Shown here: positions 52,881 to 63,009 of the stretch, piece after piece | How positions within the stretch are numbered: the first letter of the stretch is position 1 | How the letters are laid out: each line of letters begins with the position of its first letter | Origin: Squalus acanthias | Taxonomy: Eukaryota | Assembly: GCA_030390025.1 (NCBI GenBank) | Contig: JASTWF010000033.1 | Span: 5,954,001 to 6,018,000 of the forward strand | Direction: 5' to 3' | DNA: 64,000 bases | Translations under genes and position numbers: made by a program | The notes under the pieces: generated by a model | What the model was told of the DNA's origin: nothing | Database searches by the model: none | The model's input: the letters and a program-made list of their open reading frames with translations, nothing else

Positions 52881-53550
52881 GGTCCAGATCTCGTGCAAGA
52901 ATCTGAGCTTACACAGGAAGAGGAAACGTATTATTAGAAATAGGAGTACGCCATTCGGCCCTTCGAGCTTGCTTTGCAGTTAGTAGCCAATAATCTATTG
53001 ATCTTTGTCTTGAAAATACTCAACAACTGAGAATCCACAGCCTCTGGGGTAGAGAATTCCAAAGATTCATAACCCTTTGAGTGAAGATATATCTCCTCAC
53101 TTTAGTCCTAATTGGCCGACTCCCTTATTCTGAGACTCTGACCCCTAGTACTAGACTCGCCAGGCAGTGGAAACATCCTCCCAGCATCTACCCTGTGAAG
53201 CCCCTTAAGAATTTTATGTTTCAATGAAATCACCTCATGGAACTGTGCAGGAGCTAAGTACAAAGCATGAAATGAGTGACCATCTAGAGGGGCACTGCAG
53301 TCACAGGTGGAGTGAGCCCCCTGAGTACTGCACCTGTCCAATAGATGCCTGCTATTGGGACACTATAAGTTGGATAGAGACAGTGACTCATAGGATGTCT
53401 TCCTAAGCAACAGTGTGACACCAGGGAGCAGGAGGCCACCTCGAGTGTTGGGGGGCAGGAGGTTGACAGCAGTTTACCCAAAGGAATAAGAGAACGATAA
53501 AAGTGTCTGATTCGACAGTTTGGGGAATAGACCAGCTTCTGGTGCAAGAT
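52881..53550 (+). mobile_element. Old CR1 ORF1-region fragment, paralogous to about 61050-61390 and interrupted by a CR1 3' fragment
   Basis: GGTCCAGATCT.GTGCA.GAA.CTG, GAGTGACCATCTAGAGGG.CACTGCAGTCACAGGTGGAG and GGATAGAGACAGTGACTCA are shared with 61050-61290. Confidence 0.65.
52930..53237 (-). mobile_element. CR1 3'-end fragment, internally deleted
   Basis: The minus strand encodes KILKGLHRVDAGRMFPLPGESSTRGQSLRIR and carries the tail GCTCGAAGGGCCGAATGGCGTACTCCTATTTCT. Confidence 0.85.
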
Positions 53551-53654
53551 GAAATAAAATGTTAGAACTGGTGTGACCTTTTCTGGAAAGGCAAGGAGAG
53601 CAGAAAATACTTCTGGTCAAAACCAATAACACAACTAGAAATCCATTTTATAAA

Positions 53655-54360
53655 AATCATTTTCAAATTGCGAGTGTCACTGGCAAGCTCAGCATTTTTT
53701 CCCCATTCCTGGTTGCCCTTGAATAGGTGGTGGTAGGCTACCTTCTTGAATGGCTGCGGTCCACATGGTGAAGGTGCTCCTTCAGTGCTTTTAGGTAGGG
53801 AGTTCCAAAGTTGACATCCAGCGACAATGAAGAAGCAGTGATGTCTACTGTTCATGTTAGGATGTTGTGTCATTTTAAGGGGTACTTCGAGGTGATGCTA
53901 TTCCCTTGCACCTGCTTCCCTCGTCCTTCTATTGGTAAATGAAATGAGTTTGGGTGGTGCTTTCAACGATAGATTGGCAATTTACTTGAGTGCATCCTGC
54001 AGACAGCACACTGTAGCCACGGTCCGCCAGTGGTGGAGGGTGTGAATATTCACCCAATGGATGGGTGCTGATCAAGCTGAATGCTTTGTGCTGAATTGTG
54101 TCGAGCTTCATGAGTGTTGTTGCAATTGCACTCGTCCAGACAAATGTAGAGTGCTCCATCACTTCCTGACGTGCCGAGTAGGCGGGGGAATTAACTTGGG
54201 TTGAGGTGGTGAGCCACCCGCCACAGAATCCCAGCCTGTGGCCTGCTCCAGTAGGTACGCTCTTTATGTGGCTGATGCAGTACAATTATTGGATGATGTG
54301 GGGGGGGCTTGGTGATGGTAATGTCATTGACTCTCATGGGAATGTGGTTGAGGAGATGGA
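53655..54360 (-). mobile_element. Decayed 3' fragment of the same LINE family as 55117-58172
   Basis: The minus strand gives QVNSPAYSARQEVMEHS, TTLMKLDTIQHKA and FIVAGCQLWNSLPKSTEGAPSPCGPQPFKKVAYHHLFKGN, matching 57600-58110. Confidence 0.85.
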
Positions 54361-54368
54361 GATGACAA

Positions 54369-55112
54369 GGGAAAGGTAGCATAGTGGTTACGTTACTGGA
54401 CGAATCCTCTGAAGCTGGGGAATTTAAATTCAGCTAATTAAATAAATCTGGAATAAAAAGTTACGATCAGTAATGGTGACCATGAAACTCCCGGATTGTT
54501 GTAAAAACCCATTTGGTTGACTAACAACCTTTAGGGAAGGAACTCTGCCGTCCATAAATGGTACCGGCCTATACGTGTCTCTTAACTGCCCTCTGAAATA
54601 CTCTAACAAGCCACTCAGTTCTACCAAACTGCTACAGAAATCAATAAAAAGAAGAATAAACGCAGGCAGACCACTCGGCATCGACCTCAGCACCGGCTTT
54701 GGACACGAAAAACGCGCACACAAACAAGTCGAAGCTGCAAAGTCCTCCTCACCAACATCTGGGGATATGTGTGAAAATTGGAAGAGTTGTCCCACAGACT
54801 AGGCAAACAACAGCCTGACATGGTCATACTCACAGAATCATAACCTTCAGCCAATGTCACAGAATCCACCATCTACACCAGATGAGGCGGCACATTGGTA
54901 TACAGTCAGGAGGGAGGGGTCCGGGGAGTTTTGAACATTGGTATACAGTCAGGAGGGAGTGGTCCGGGGAGTTTTGAACATTGGTATACAGTCAGGAGGG
55001 AGGGGTCCGGGGAGTTTTGAACATTGACTCCAGACCCCACGAAGCTTCATGGCACAGGTCAAGCATGGGCAAGGAAACCTCCTGCCGATTACCACCTGCC
55101 ACCCTCCCTCAG
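54369..55112 (+). mobile_element. 5' fragment of the tRNA-headed LINE (copy 1): box A, SINE-like body, start of APE endonuclease
   Basis: TAGCATAGTGG at 54377-54387 (the box B region is deleted). The body is homologous to 55200-55400, followed by KVLLTNIWG...LSHRLGKQQPDMVILTES. Confidence 0.82.
54892..55026. repeat. Three near-identical 43-bp tandem repeats inside the LINE endonuclease region
   Basis: ACATTGGTATACAGTCAGGAGGGAGGGGTCCGGGGAGTTTTGA at 54892, 54935 and 54978 (one G/T difference), followed by ACATTG. Confidence 0.95.
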
Positions 55113-55124
55113 TTATGGGGACGG

Positions 55125-55199
55125 TAGCATAGTGGTAATGTCACTGGGCTAGTAACCCACAGGCCTGGACTAATGATCCAGAGACGTGAGTTCAAATCC
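55125..55199 (+). promoter_or_regulatory. Pol III-type box A and box B at the 5' end of the LINE
   Basis: TAGCATAGTGG and GAGTTCAAATCCC, the boxes separated by 54 bp. Confidence 0.75.
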
Positions 55200-55775
55200 C
55201 ACCACGGCAGCTGGGGAATTTAAATTCAGCTAATTAAACAAATCTGGAATAAAAAACCAGTATCAGTAAAGGTAACATCAAAAAAAACCATCTGGTTCAC
55301 GAATGTCCTTTAGAGAAAGAAATCTGCCGTCCTTAGTCCAGACCCACAGCAATGTGGTTGACTCTTAACTGCCCTCTTAAATGGCTGAGCAAGTCACTCA
55401 GTGATAACTAACCGCTACGAAACAAAATAATAAGAATGAAATCGGATGGTCCACCCGGCACCGGCTACGGACACAGCAACGGCACGCTCAGACCAGTCAA
55501 CCCTGCAAAGTCCTCCTCATCAACATCTGGGGACTTGTGCCAAAAGTGGGAGAGCTGTCCCACAGACTAGTCAAGCAACAGCATTACAAAGTCATACTCA
55601 CAGAATCATACCTTTCAGCCAATGTCCTGAACTCCTCCATCACCATCTCTGGGTATGTCCTGTCCCACCGGCAGGACAGACCCACCAGGGGTGGCGGCAC
55701 AGTGGTGTACAGTCGGGAAGGAGTGGCTCTGGGAGTCCTCAACATTGACTCCAAACCCCATGAAGTCTCATGGCT

Positions 55776-56377
55776 GCAGGGCATTCTGGAGGAGGATGGT
55801 GAACAGCCAGTTGTCGTGGTGCATATAGGTAAAAAACGGGATGATTTCCTAAAAGCTGAATGTTAGGAGGTAAATTAAAAAAAGTAGGACCTCAAAGGTA
55901 GTAATCTCAGGATTGCTACCAGTGCCACGTGCTAGTCAGAGTAGAAATAGAAGGATATTTCAGATGAATACGTGGCTAGAGGAATGTTGCAAGGGGGAGG
56001 GATTCAAATTCCTGGGACATTGGAACCGGTTCTGGGACCGTTTGCAAACAGGACGGTTTGCACCTGGGCAGGACCGGGACGGATGTCCTAGGGGAAGTGT
56101 TTGCTAGTGCTGTTGGGGAAGGCTTAAACTAAAATTGCAGGGGGTTGGGAAACTGTGCAGGGAGACAGAGGAAAGGGTAGCAAGGATAGAAGCAAAAGAC
56201 AGGAAGGAGAAAAGCAAAAGCGGCAGTCAGAGAAATCAAGGGTGTAAATCAAACATTGGCCACAGTAAATAATAATTCTAAAAGGTCTAAGTGTTAAAAC
56301 AAAAAGCCTGCAGGCTTTGTGTCTTAATGCGAGGAGCATTCATAATAAGGTGTATGAATTAGCGATGTAAGTAGATA
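55776..56377 (+). mobile_element. Internal CR1 fragment (ORF1 SGNH-esterase C-terminal half to ORF2 start) embedded in the tRNA-headed LINE
   Basis: LQGILEEDGEQPVVVVHIG, VVISGLLPVPRASQSRNRRIFQMNTWLEECCKGEGFKFLGHWNRFW, DGLHL, then LCLNARSIHNKVYEL. Confidence 0.85.
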
Positions 56378-58552
56378 TGGCCGAGTCCTGAAGGACATAT
56401 CTGCCAGTCTGGGCCTGCGACATGTGGTGAGGGAAAAACCTACTTGACCTCGTCCTCACCAATCTACCTGTCGCAGATGCATCTGTCCATGACAGCATTG
56501 GTAGCAGTGACCACCGCACAGTCCTTGTGGAGACTAAGTCCCGTCTTCACACTGAGGACACCCTCCATCGTGTTGTGTGGCACGACCACCGTGCTAAATG
56601 GGATAGATTCAGAACAGATCTAGCAGCTCAAAACTGGGCATCCATGAGGCGCTGTGGTGCAGCAGCAGAATTGTATTCCACCACAATCTGTAACCTCATG
56701 GCCCGGCATATCCCTCACTCTACCATTACCACCAAGCCAGGGGACCACCCTGGTTCAATAAGGAGTGTAGAAGAGCATGCCAGGAGCAGCACCAAGCGTA
56801 CCTAAAAATGAGGTGCCAACCTGGGGAAGCTGCAACACAGGACTACATGCATGCTAAAAAAACGGAAGCAGCATGCTATAGACAGGGCTAAGCGATCCCA
56901 CAATCAACGGATCAGATCAAAGCTCTGCAGTCCTGCCACATCCAGTCGTCAATGGTGGTGGACCATTAAACAACTAACGGGAAGAGGAGTTTCTATGAAT
57001 ATCCTCATCCTCGATGATGGTGGAGCCCAACATTTAACCGAGTCTGGCATCAAGGAGCCCTAGTAAAACAGAAGTCAATCGGAATCAGGGGGAAAACGTT
57101 CCACTAGCTGGAGTCATACCTAGCACAAAGGAAGATGGTTGTGGTGGTTGAAGGTCAATCGTCACAGTCCCAGGACATCGCTGCAGGAGTTCCTCAGGGC
57201 AGTGTCCTAGGCACAAACATCTTCAGCTGCTTCACCAATGATGCTCCCTTCAACATAAGGTCAGGAATGGGGAAGTTCGCTGATGACTGTACAGTGTTCA
57301 GCGCCGTTCACAACTCCACAGATAATGAAGTCCATGCCATATACAACAACACGTGGAGACGTTCAGGCTTGGGCTGATAAGTGGCAGGTAACATTCGCGC
57401 CACAGAAGTGCCAGGCAATGACCATCACCAACAAACGAGAGTCTAACCATCGCCCCTTGACATTCAATGGCATGAGCATCGCCGAATCCCCCACTGTCAA
57501 CATCCTGGGGGTCACCATTAACCAGAAACTTAACTGGACCAGCCACATAAATACTGCGGCTACAAGAGCAGGTCAGAGGCTGGGTATTCTGCGGCGAGTG
57601 TCTCACCTCCTGACTCCCCAAAGCCTTTCTACCATCTACAAGGCACAAGTCAGGAGTGTGATGGAATACTCTCCACTTGCCTGGATGAGTGCTGCTCCAA
57701 CAACACTCAAGAAGCTCGACACCATCCAGGACAGAGCAGCCCGCTTGATTGGCACCCCATCCACCAACTTAAACATTCACTCCCTCCACCACCGGCGTAC
57801 CGTGGCTACATTGTGTACCATCTACAAGATGCAGTGCAGCAACTCGCCAAGGCTTCTTCGCAGCACCTCCCAAACCCACGACCTCTTCCACCTAGAAGGA
57901 CAAGGGCAGCAGGCTCATGGGAACACCACCACCTCAAGTTCCCCTCCAAGTCACACACCATCCTGACTTAGAAGTATGTCGCCGATCCTTCATCGTCGTT
58001 GGGTCGAAATCCTGGAACTCCCTAAATAACAGCACTGTGGGAGTACCTTCACCACACGGACTGCAGCGGTTCAAGAGGGCGGCTCACCACCACCTTCTCA
58101 AGGACAACTAGGGATGGGCAATAAATCACGGCCCTGCCAGCGACGCCAGATGCCATTAGCGAATTAAAAAAAGCTTTATGGGATGGACAATGGAGGCATG
58201 GAACCTGGAAAAGGATGCCAGATGAGACTATATCGAATGCTGTTGGAAGGTGAATGATGGACAAGGAAGGGTTACACACCATGGTCACAGAGATTGTAGT
58301 TTGTGACTGTTCAGGGCAGTTTAGAGTTACATCGAAACTGCAGCAGAGAAACAGTCCAATCGGCCCAAGTGGTCTATGCTGTGTTTATACTCCACGGGAG
58401 CCTCCTCCCACTCTAATTACATCTTGACACCGTGTCCACATATACATTCGATGTGTTAGACTCGCGACACCAATATTAAATAACATTCAGAACGCCGGAG
58501 AACCCATCCTCCTGGAATGAATTGAGCGAGTTTGTCGCACTCCCCTCACTTC

Positions 58553-59320
58553 AGAAAAAAATGAGGTCATTCACGTTGGAGCTAAAAAGGATAGATCAGA
58601 GAATTTTCTGAATGATTAGAAGTTAGGAACTGTGGATGAGCAGAGAGAACTAGGAGTCCAAGTACAGAAATCACTAGAATCTAGTTGATACCAAAAATAA
58701 GTAAAAGGCTAAAGGAATGTTGGGCTTTATCTCGAGGGCTGGAATACAATGGGATAGAAGTTCTGTTCCAGCTGTACAGAGCTCTGGTTAGACCTATTTC
58801 GAGAACCGCACCTCGGCAACAATATCTTGGCTTTGGAGGTGGTGCAGCTCAGATTCACCAGAACGATACCGGGGCTAACAGCTTTAAATTATGAGGATAG
58901 ATTGCATTGACGAAGCTTTTATTATCTTGATTATATAAAGTTAAGGGGTGATCTAATTGCGGTGTTTAAGATGATCAAATGAATTGCTAGCATAGAAAGT
59001 GTTAAACCATGTCCTTTGGTGGACTAGTCCAGAAAAAGGGGGCATAACCTTAACCGCAGAGCGAGGCCGTTCAGGGGTGATGTTAGAAAGCATTTCTTCA
59101 GATACAGTGTAGTGGAAATCTGGAACACTCGCCCTCAAAAAGCTGTTGAGTTTCGGACAATTGAAAATGACAAAACTGTCATTGATAGATTTATGTTAGG
59201 CAATGGTATTTAGGGTTATGCAACCAAGGCGGGGAGATGGAGTTAAGATACAGCTCAGCCATGATCGAATTGAATGGAGGAACAAGCTAGAACGAATGAG
59301 TGGCCTACTCCTATGTTCCT
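58553..59320 (+). mobile_element. Decayed CR1 3' portion
   Basis: SRGLEYNGIEVLFQLYRALVRP, a RGHNL motif and the tail CAGCCATGATCGAATTGAATGG...GGCCTACTCCT. Confidence 0.85.
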
Positions 59321-59324
59321 GTGC

Positions 59325-60530
59325 CTCTATTTATAAAGCCAATGCTCCCATATACGTTTCTAAAAGCCTTATCGTCCTGTCCTGCCACCGTCAAAGATTT
59401 CTGTATCTATACCCCTAAGTTTTACTGTTGCTGCAACCCCTTTAAATTGTACCAGTTGGTTTAAATTGCATCGCCTCATTCTTCCTTCCAAAATGCAGCA
59501 TTTCACACTTCTCTGCATTAAATTTCACCTGCCATGTGTCTGCCCATTTCACCAGTGTCTCTATTTCCTCCTGAAGTCTTCTGCTATCCTCCTCACGGTT
59601 TACAACTTTTCTGAGATTCGTGTCATCGACAAACATTTAAATTATGCCCTGTGTACCTAAGTCCATGTCACTGAAATATATCAAAAAGAGCAGTGGTCCT
59701 AATACCGACCCCTGGGAACACTGTATACTTCCCTCCAGTGTGAACAATATCAGTTCACAACTACTGTCTGTTTTCTGTCCCTTCACCAATTTAGTATCCA
59801 CGCTGCCACTGCTCCTTTAATATCATTGGCTCCAGTTTTGTTAACCAGTCTATTATGAGGTAGTTTATCAAACGCCTTCTGAAAGTCCATATACAGAACA
59901 TCAACTGCACTACCTTCATCAACCCTCTCGTATTTCATCAATTAGCTCATTCAAGTCAGCCAGATTAGATTTGCCTTTTAAAAAAAAATCCATTTTTACT
60001 GTCGCTAATTAACCCATGTTCTTCCAAGTGACAGTTAATTTTGTTTCGGAAATGTTGTCCCGAGGAGTTTCCTCAACACCGATGTTAAGCTGAGTGACCT
60101 GTAGTTATTTGGTTCATCACTCTCTCCTTTTTTGAACAGGGAAGTAACGTTTGCAGCCCTCCCATCCTCTGGCACCTTTCCCATATCCAAGGATTAGAAG
60201 ATTGTGGCAGAGCGGGTGACATTTCTACTTTGAGCCCTGTCAACCGTTTTAGTGCATCGTCCTAATCGATTTATATCCTGTCCAATTTCTCTCCCACCTC
60301 CTCCTTTACTGTACGATTGGCAGCATCCTCTCCTTTAGTGAATACGGAGGCAAAGTGTTAATTTAGTACCTCAGCCATGTCCTCTGCTTCCACAAGATGA
60401 TTGCCTTTTTGCTCCTTAATCGGCCCCACCTTTCCTTGGACTATGCTTTCACGCCTTATATGTTTATAAAAGGCGTTAGTGTTCCCTATTATGTTACCAC
60501 TAATCATTTCTCATACATTTTCCTTGTCCC
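59325..60530 (-). mobile_element. Decayed CR1 RT fragment
   Basis: The minus strand gives VPRGSVLGPLLF-like sequence, FVDDT...LQEEIETLVKWADTWQVKFNAEKCEMLHFGRKN, and DFQKAFDK. Confidence 0.82.
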
Positions 60531-61049
60531 TCTGTTGCTGTTGTGTGTTTATTACACTAGTGGCAGCGTTAGTGAAACAGCAACATACTGAATTTTACAA
60601 AGTCTCAAACTGGTTATAAATCAACGGAATCGCTTTGACATTTCCACAGTGGGGAAAGGAAAGGCCGCTGATCGATAGTTTCAATGGACGCACGTGCGCA
60701 GGGACACACACAAATGGAGAATTATGATTGTAAAACAGCAGTCAAATCCACCAGTTGTATATTCATGGTGTTTTCTGAGATCCCAGAGCTACCAGCTGCT
60801 GTACTGATGGGGGAGGAGGGACTTGATGTCATCTTTAACAAGGCAACGTTCTCCTTCTCATTTTAATATTTCCATCTAACCCTCCCATTAACATTATATT
60901 TCTAACAGAGCATCAGAGCCTGGGAACGCCTGTCACCACCATGGCTGAAGGTCCAGACAGGGGAGAAGATCCAACATCTTCAAAAAGAATGGGAACGGAC
61001 ACAGGTAGGCTCACAAAATACTTTAAATACAATTTCTGTCCTGACAAAA

Positions 61050-62960
61050 GGTCCAGATCTTGTGCATGAACCTGCAGCTCACACATGTCGAGGGAACAGG
61101 ACAGGGGCTGAGTACAAAGAGGGAAGTGAGTGACCATCTAGAGGGACACTGCAGTCACAGGTGGAGGAAGCCCCTGAGTACTGGAACTGTCCAATGGATA
61201 CCTGGTATTGGAGAGTGTAAGGTGGATAGAGACAGTGACTCAGAGGAGGGTCTTCCTGAGCATCAGTGGCACCAGAGAGCAGGAGGCCACCCAGCGGGGT
61301 GAGAGTGAGAGGCAGGTGGGGCACAGGAATAGGGGAGCGGTACTGGTGTCAGATTGTATAGTCGGGGGAATAAACAACCTCTTCTGCAGCCCTGAGCAGG
61401 TCCGGAATGGTTAGTTACCTCCCTGGTGCCAGAGGGAAGAACATCCTTGACCGGGTGGGACCACCTCTGGGAAGGAAAGGTGAGCCGAAAATAGCCATTG
61501 TCGGAGCCAGTAAAACGGATAGAAATACGTTTATAGAGGAAATATTGAGACTGAGGCACTGAACTAAGAAACCAGGCCTCAAGCTGTTGATCTCCGGATT
61601 GTTTTGCACTGGGCTGCTTAAGGAAGGAAATATGAGGCTGGTCAATGTGCGGCTGAGGGCTGGAGCAGGAGGGGAGTGTTCACGTTCTTGGGGCACCAGA
61701 GTGAGTTCAGGGAGAATGGAAGCGATGGTAGCGATCTGAACTGACCAACAACAATCGATTAACAGAATATGTGAATGGAGCAGTCGGAGGGTATCAGGCG
61801 ATGTGACTGGAAAGTGGGAAATATTCGGATCTGAGACTAGAGAGCGGAATCAATAAAAATGTTGTAGCTGAAACAGAAGATTTAAGAAATAGTGAAAACT
61901 TAGCAAGAAAAAGGAAGTTGGATTTGATGTAGTGGGAGATAAAGTCATTTGTTTTTTAAAAAGAAACCGGGACTAGTCAACATTCCAAATGTTGGAGCTA
62001 GTATTGAGTGTTGTGTGTGTGTACAAATCATTCCAAACATTCAGAAGCATGAGAGATGTGATCTAGTATCTATAAGACAGGGCCTTGGTTTTCACAGGAT
62101 TCAGAGGGAGATGTTCCTGGTGATAACATTTTGAGGGAAGCGTAAAAGTTTGTGGCCGCCAGTATTGGGAAAGCATTCTATGTCAGCGTCGATCAACAAG
62201 AACAAACTGGCGTTTATATAGCACCTTTAATGTAGTAAAACGTCTCAAGGTGCTTCACAGGAGTGTGACCAATCAGAATTTGACACCGAGTCACATAAGG
62301 TGATATTAGGACAGGTGAGCAAAAGCTTGCTCAAAGAGGTGAGGTTTAAGGAAGGTCTGAAAGGAGGAGAGCGAGAGAGAGAGGCGGAGAGGTTTAGAAC
62401 ATACGGGTGTTCCAGGGAGCAATGCTAAGATGGAATCCATATGTACACAGTTCACCAATAGGAAGGGAGACAGCACAATTCTCAGTGGGTTTTACAGGTC
62501 AGCGAGCAGTGGAGGTGAGATAGAGGTGGGACTGGGGAAACTAGTTGTGGAGGATGCAGTTTTGGGGCGATACAAAATATTTCCTTTACTTTCTAAATAT
62601 GATGGTTGAAGTGAGAATGTTGATGTACTAGAGGAGGATGTGGGTCCACAGTTAGAGATCACTGTAGAGAAGGATTTGGATCTGAGTAAAATAGCCGAGG
62701 TGGAGAAGTCACTGGGCTCAGAAATAATGCACCCCAGACTGTTAGAGGAAGTCAGAGAGGAGATAGGAGGGACTGGCCACACCATTTCAACCCACGTTTA
62801 ATATCAAAAATATACTGGTGGACTGAAGGAGCCCAAGTGATGATTCTGTTCTAATGTGGAGAGAGGATCAATCTGGTAACCAGAGACCATTGTGTAGAAA
62901 CTCCTCAAATCTGTTAATCCAGGTCGAATTAGCGAGCATTTAGCGATATAGGATGATGAG
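61050..62960 (+). mobile_element. Very old CR1 remnant (ORF1 esterase, traces of endonuclease and RT N-terminus), interrupted by an L2 fragment
   Basis: AVLVSDCIVGGINNLFC (degenerate GDS block), YLPGAR, LLISGL, FTFLGH, and later KSLGSEIMHPRLLEEVREEI. Continuity as a single element is inferred. Confidence 0.6.
62194..62398 (-). mobile_element. L2-clade LINE 3'-end fragment (or L2-tailed SINE)
   Basis: The minus strand ends ...TTAAAGGTGCTATATAAACGCCAGTTTGTTCTTGTTG, resembling the fish L2 GCGCTATATAAAT terminus with a short TTG tail. Confidence 0.7.
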
Positions 62961-63009
62961 GGGAGGCTGGAACGGATTAGCTGTAGAAAAGTCGTATTGG
63001 ACAATTTCA

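Larger units (their letters stand above)
1..52882. repeat. 52-bp satellite DNA array (about 940 monomers), continuing off the left edge and ending abruptly at about 52882
   Basis: Head-to-tail copies of TTAACAATTAACTGTAACTTTATTCCCCGGTGTAGAGGATACCATGTGTAAA, all in one orientation. Marker spacings are multiples of 52 (e.g. 1820=35x52, 5356=103x52). Confidence 0.98.
55117..58172 (+). mobile_element. CR1-group (Zenon-like) LINE with tRNA-derived 5' head and a single APE-RT frame (copy 2). Both ends are present, with internal deletions and frameshifts.
   Basis: Box A at 55125-55135 and box B GTTCAAATCC at 55190-55199. APE motifs KVLLINIWGL, VILTESYL, GYVLSHRQDRPTRGGGTVVY, LLDLVLTN, GSSDH. RT motifs GVPQGSVLG, FADD, WADKWQVTF, IYKAQVRSVMEY. 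The 3' UTR ends in an A-run at 58166-58172. Clade assignment is tentative. Confidence 0.85.

Noticed and set aside
1..52882. CRISPR-like array
   Set aside because: Monomers are contiguous with no unique spacers, there are no cas genes, and the context is vertebrate retroelements.
55408..55540. AUG-independent initiation at GCT-ACN, as in dicistrovirus IGR IRESs
   Set aside because: An in-frame ATG exists at 55381 and the intervening stops differ between copies. No IGR-type pseudoknot could be supported.
58325..58440. Possible short minus-strand CR1-type tail fragment
   Set aside because: The resemblance is too short and decayed to call without an alignment.
60689..60698. Palindrome CGCACGTGCG (E-box) in an unassigned stretch at about 60530-61050
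   Set aside because: A single short motif with no CpG island or gene context, so chance cannot be excluded.
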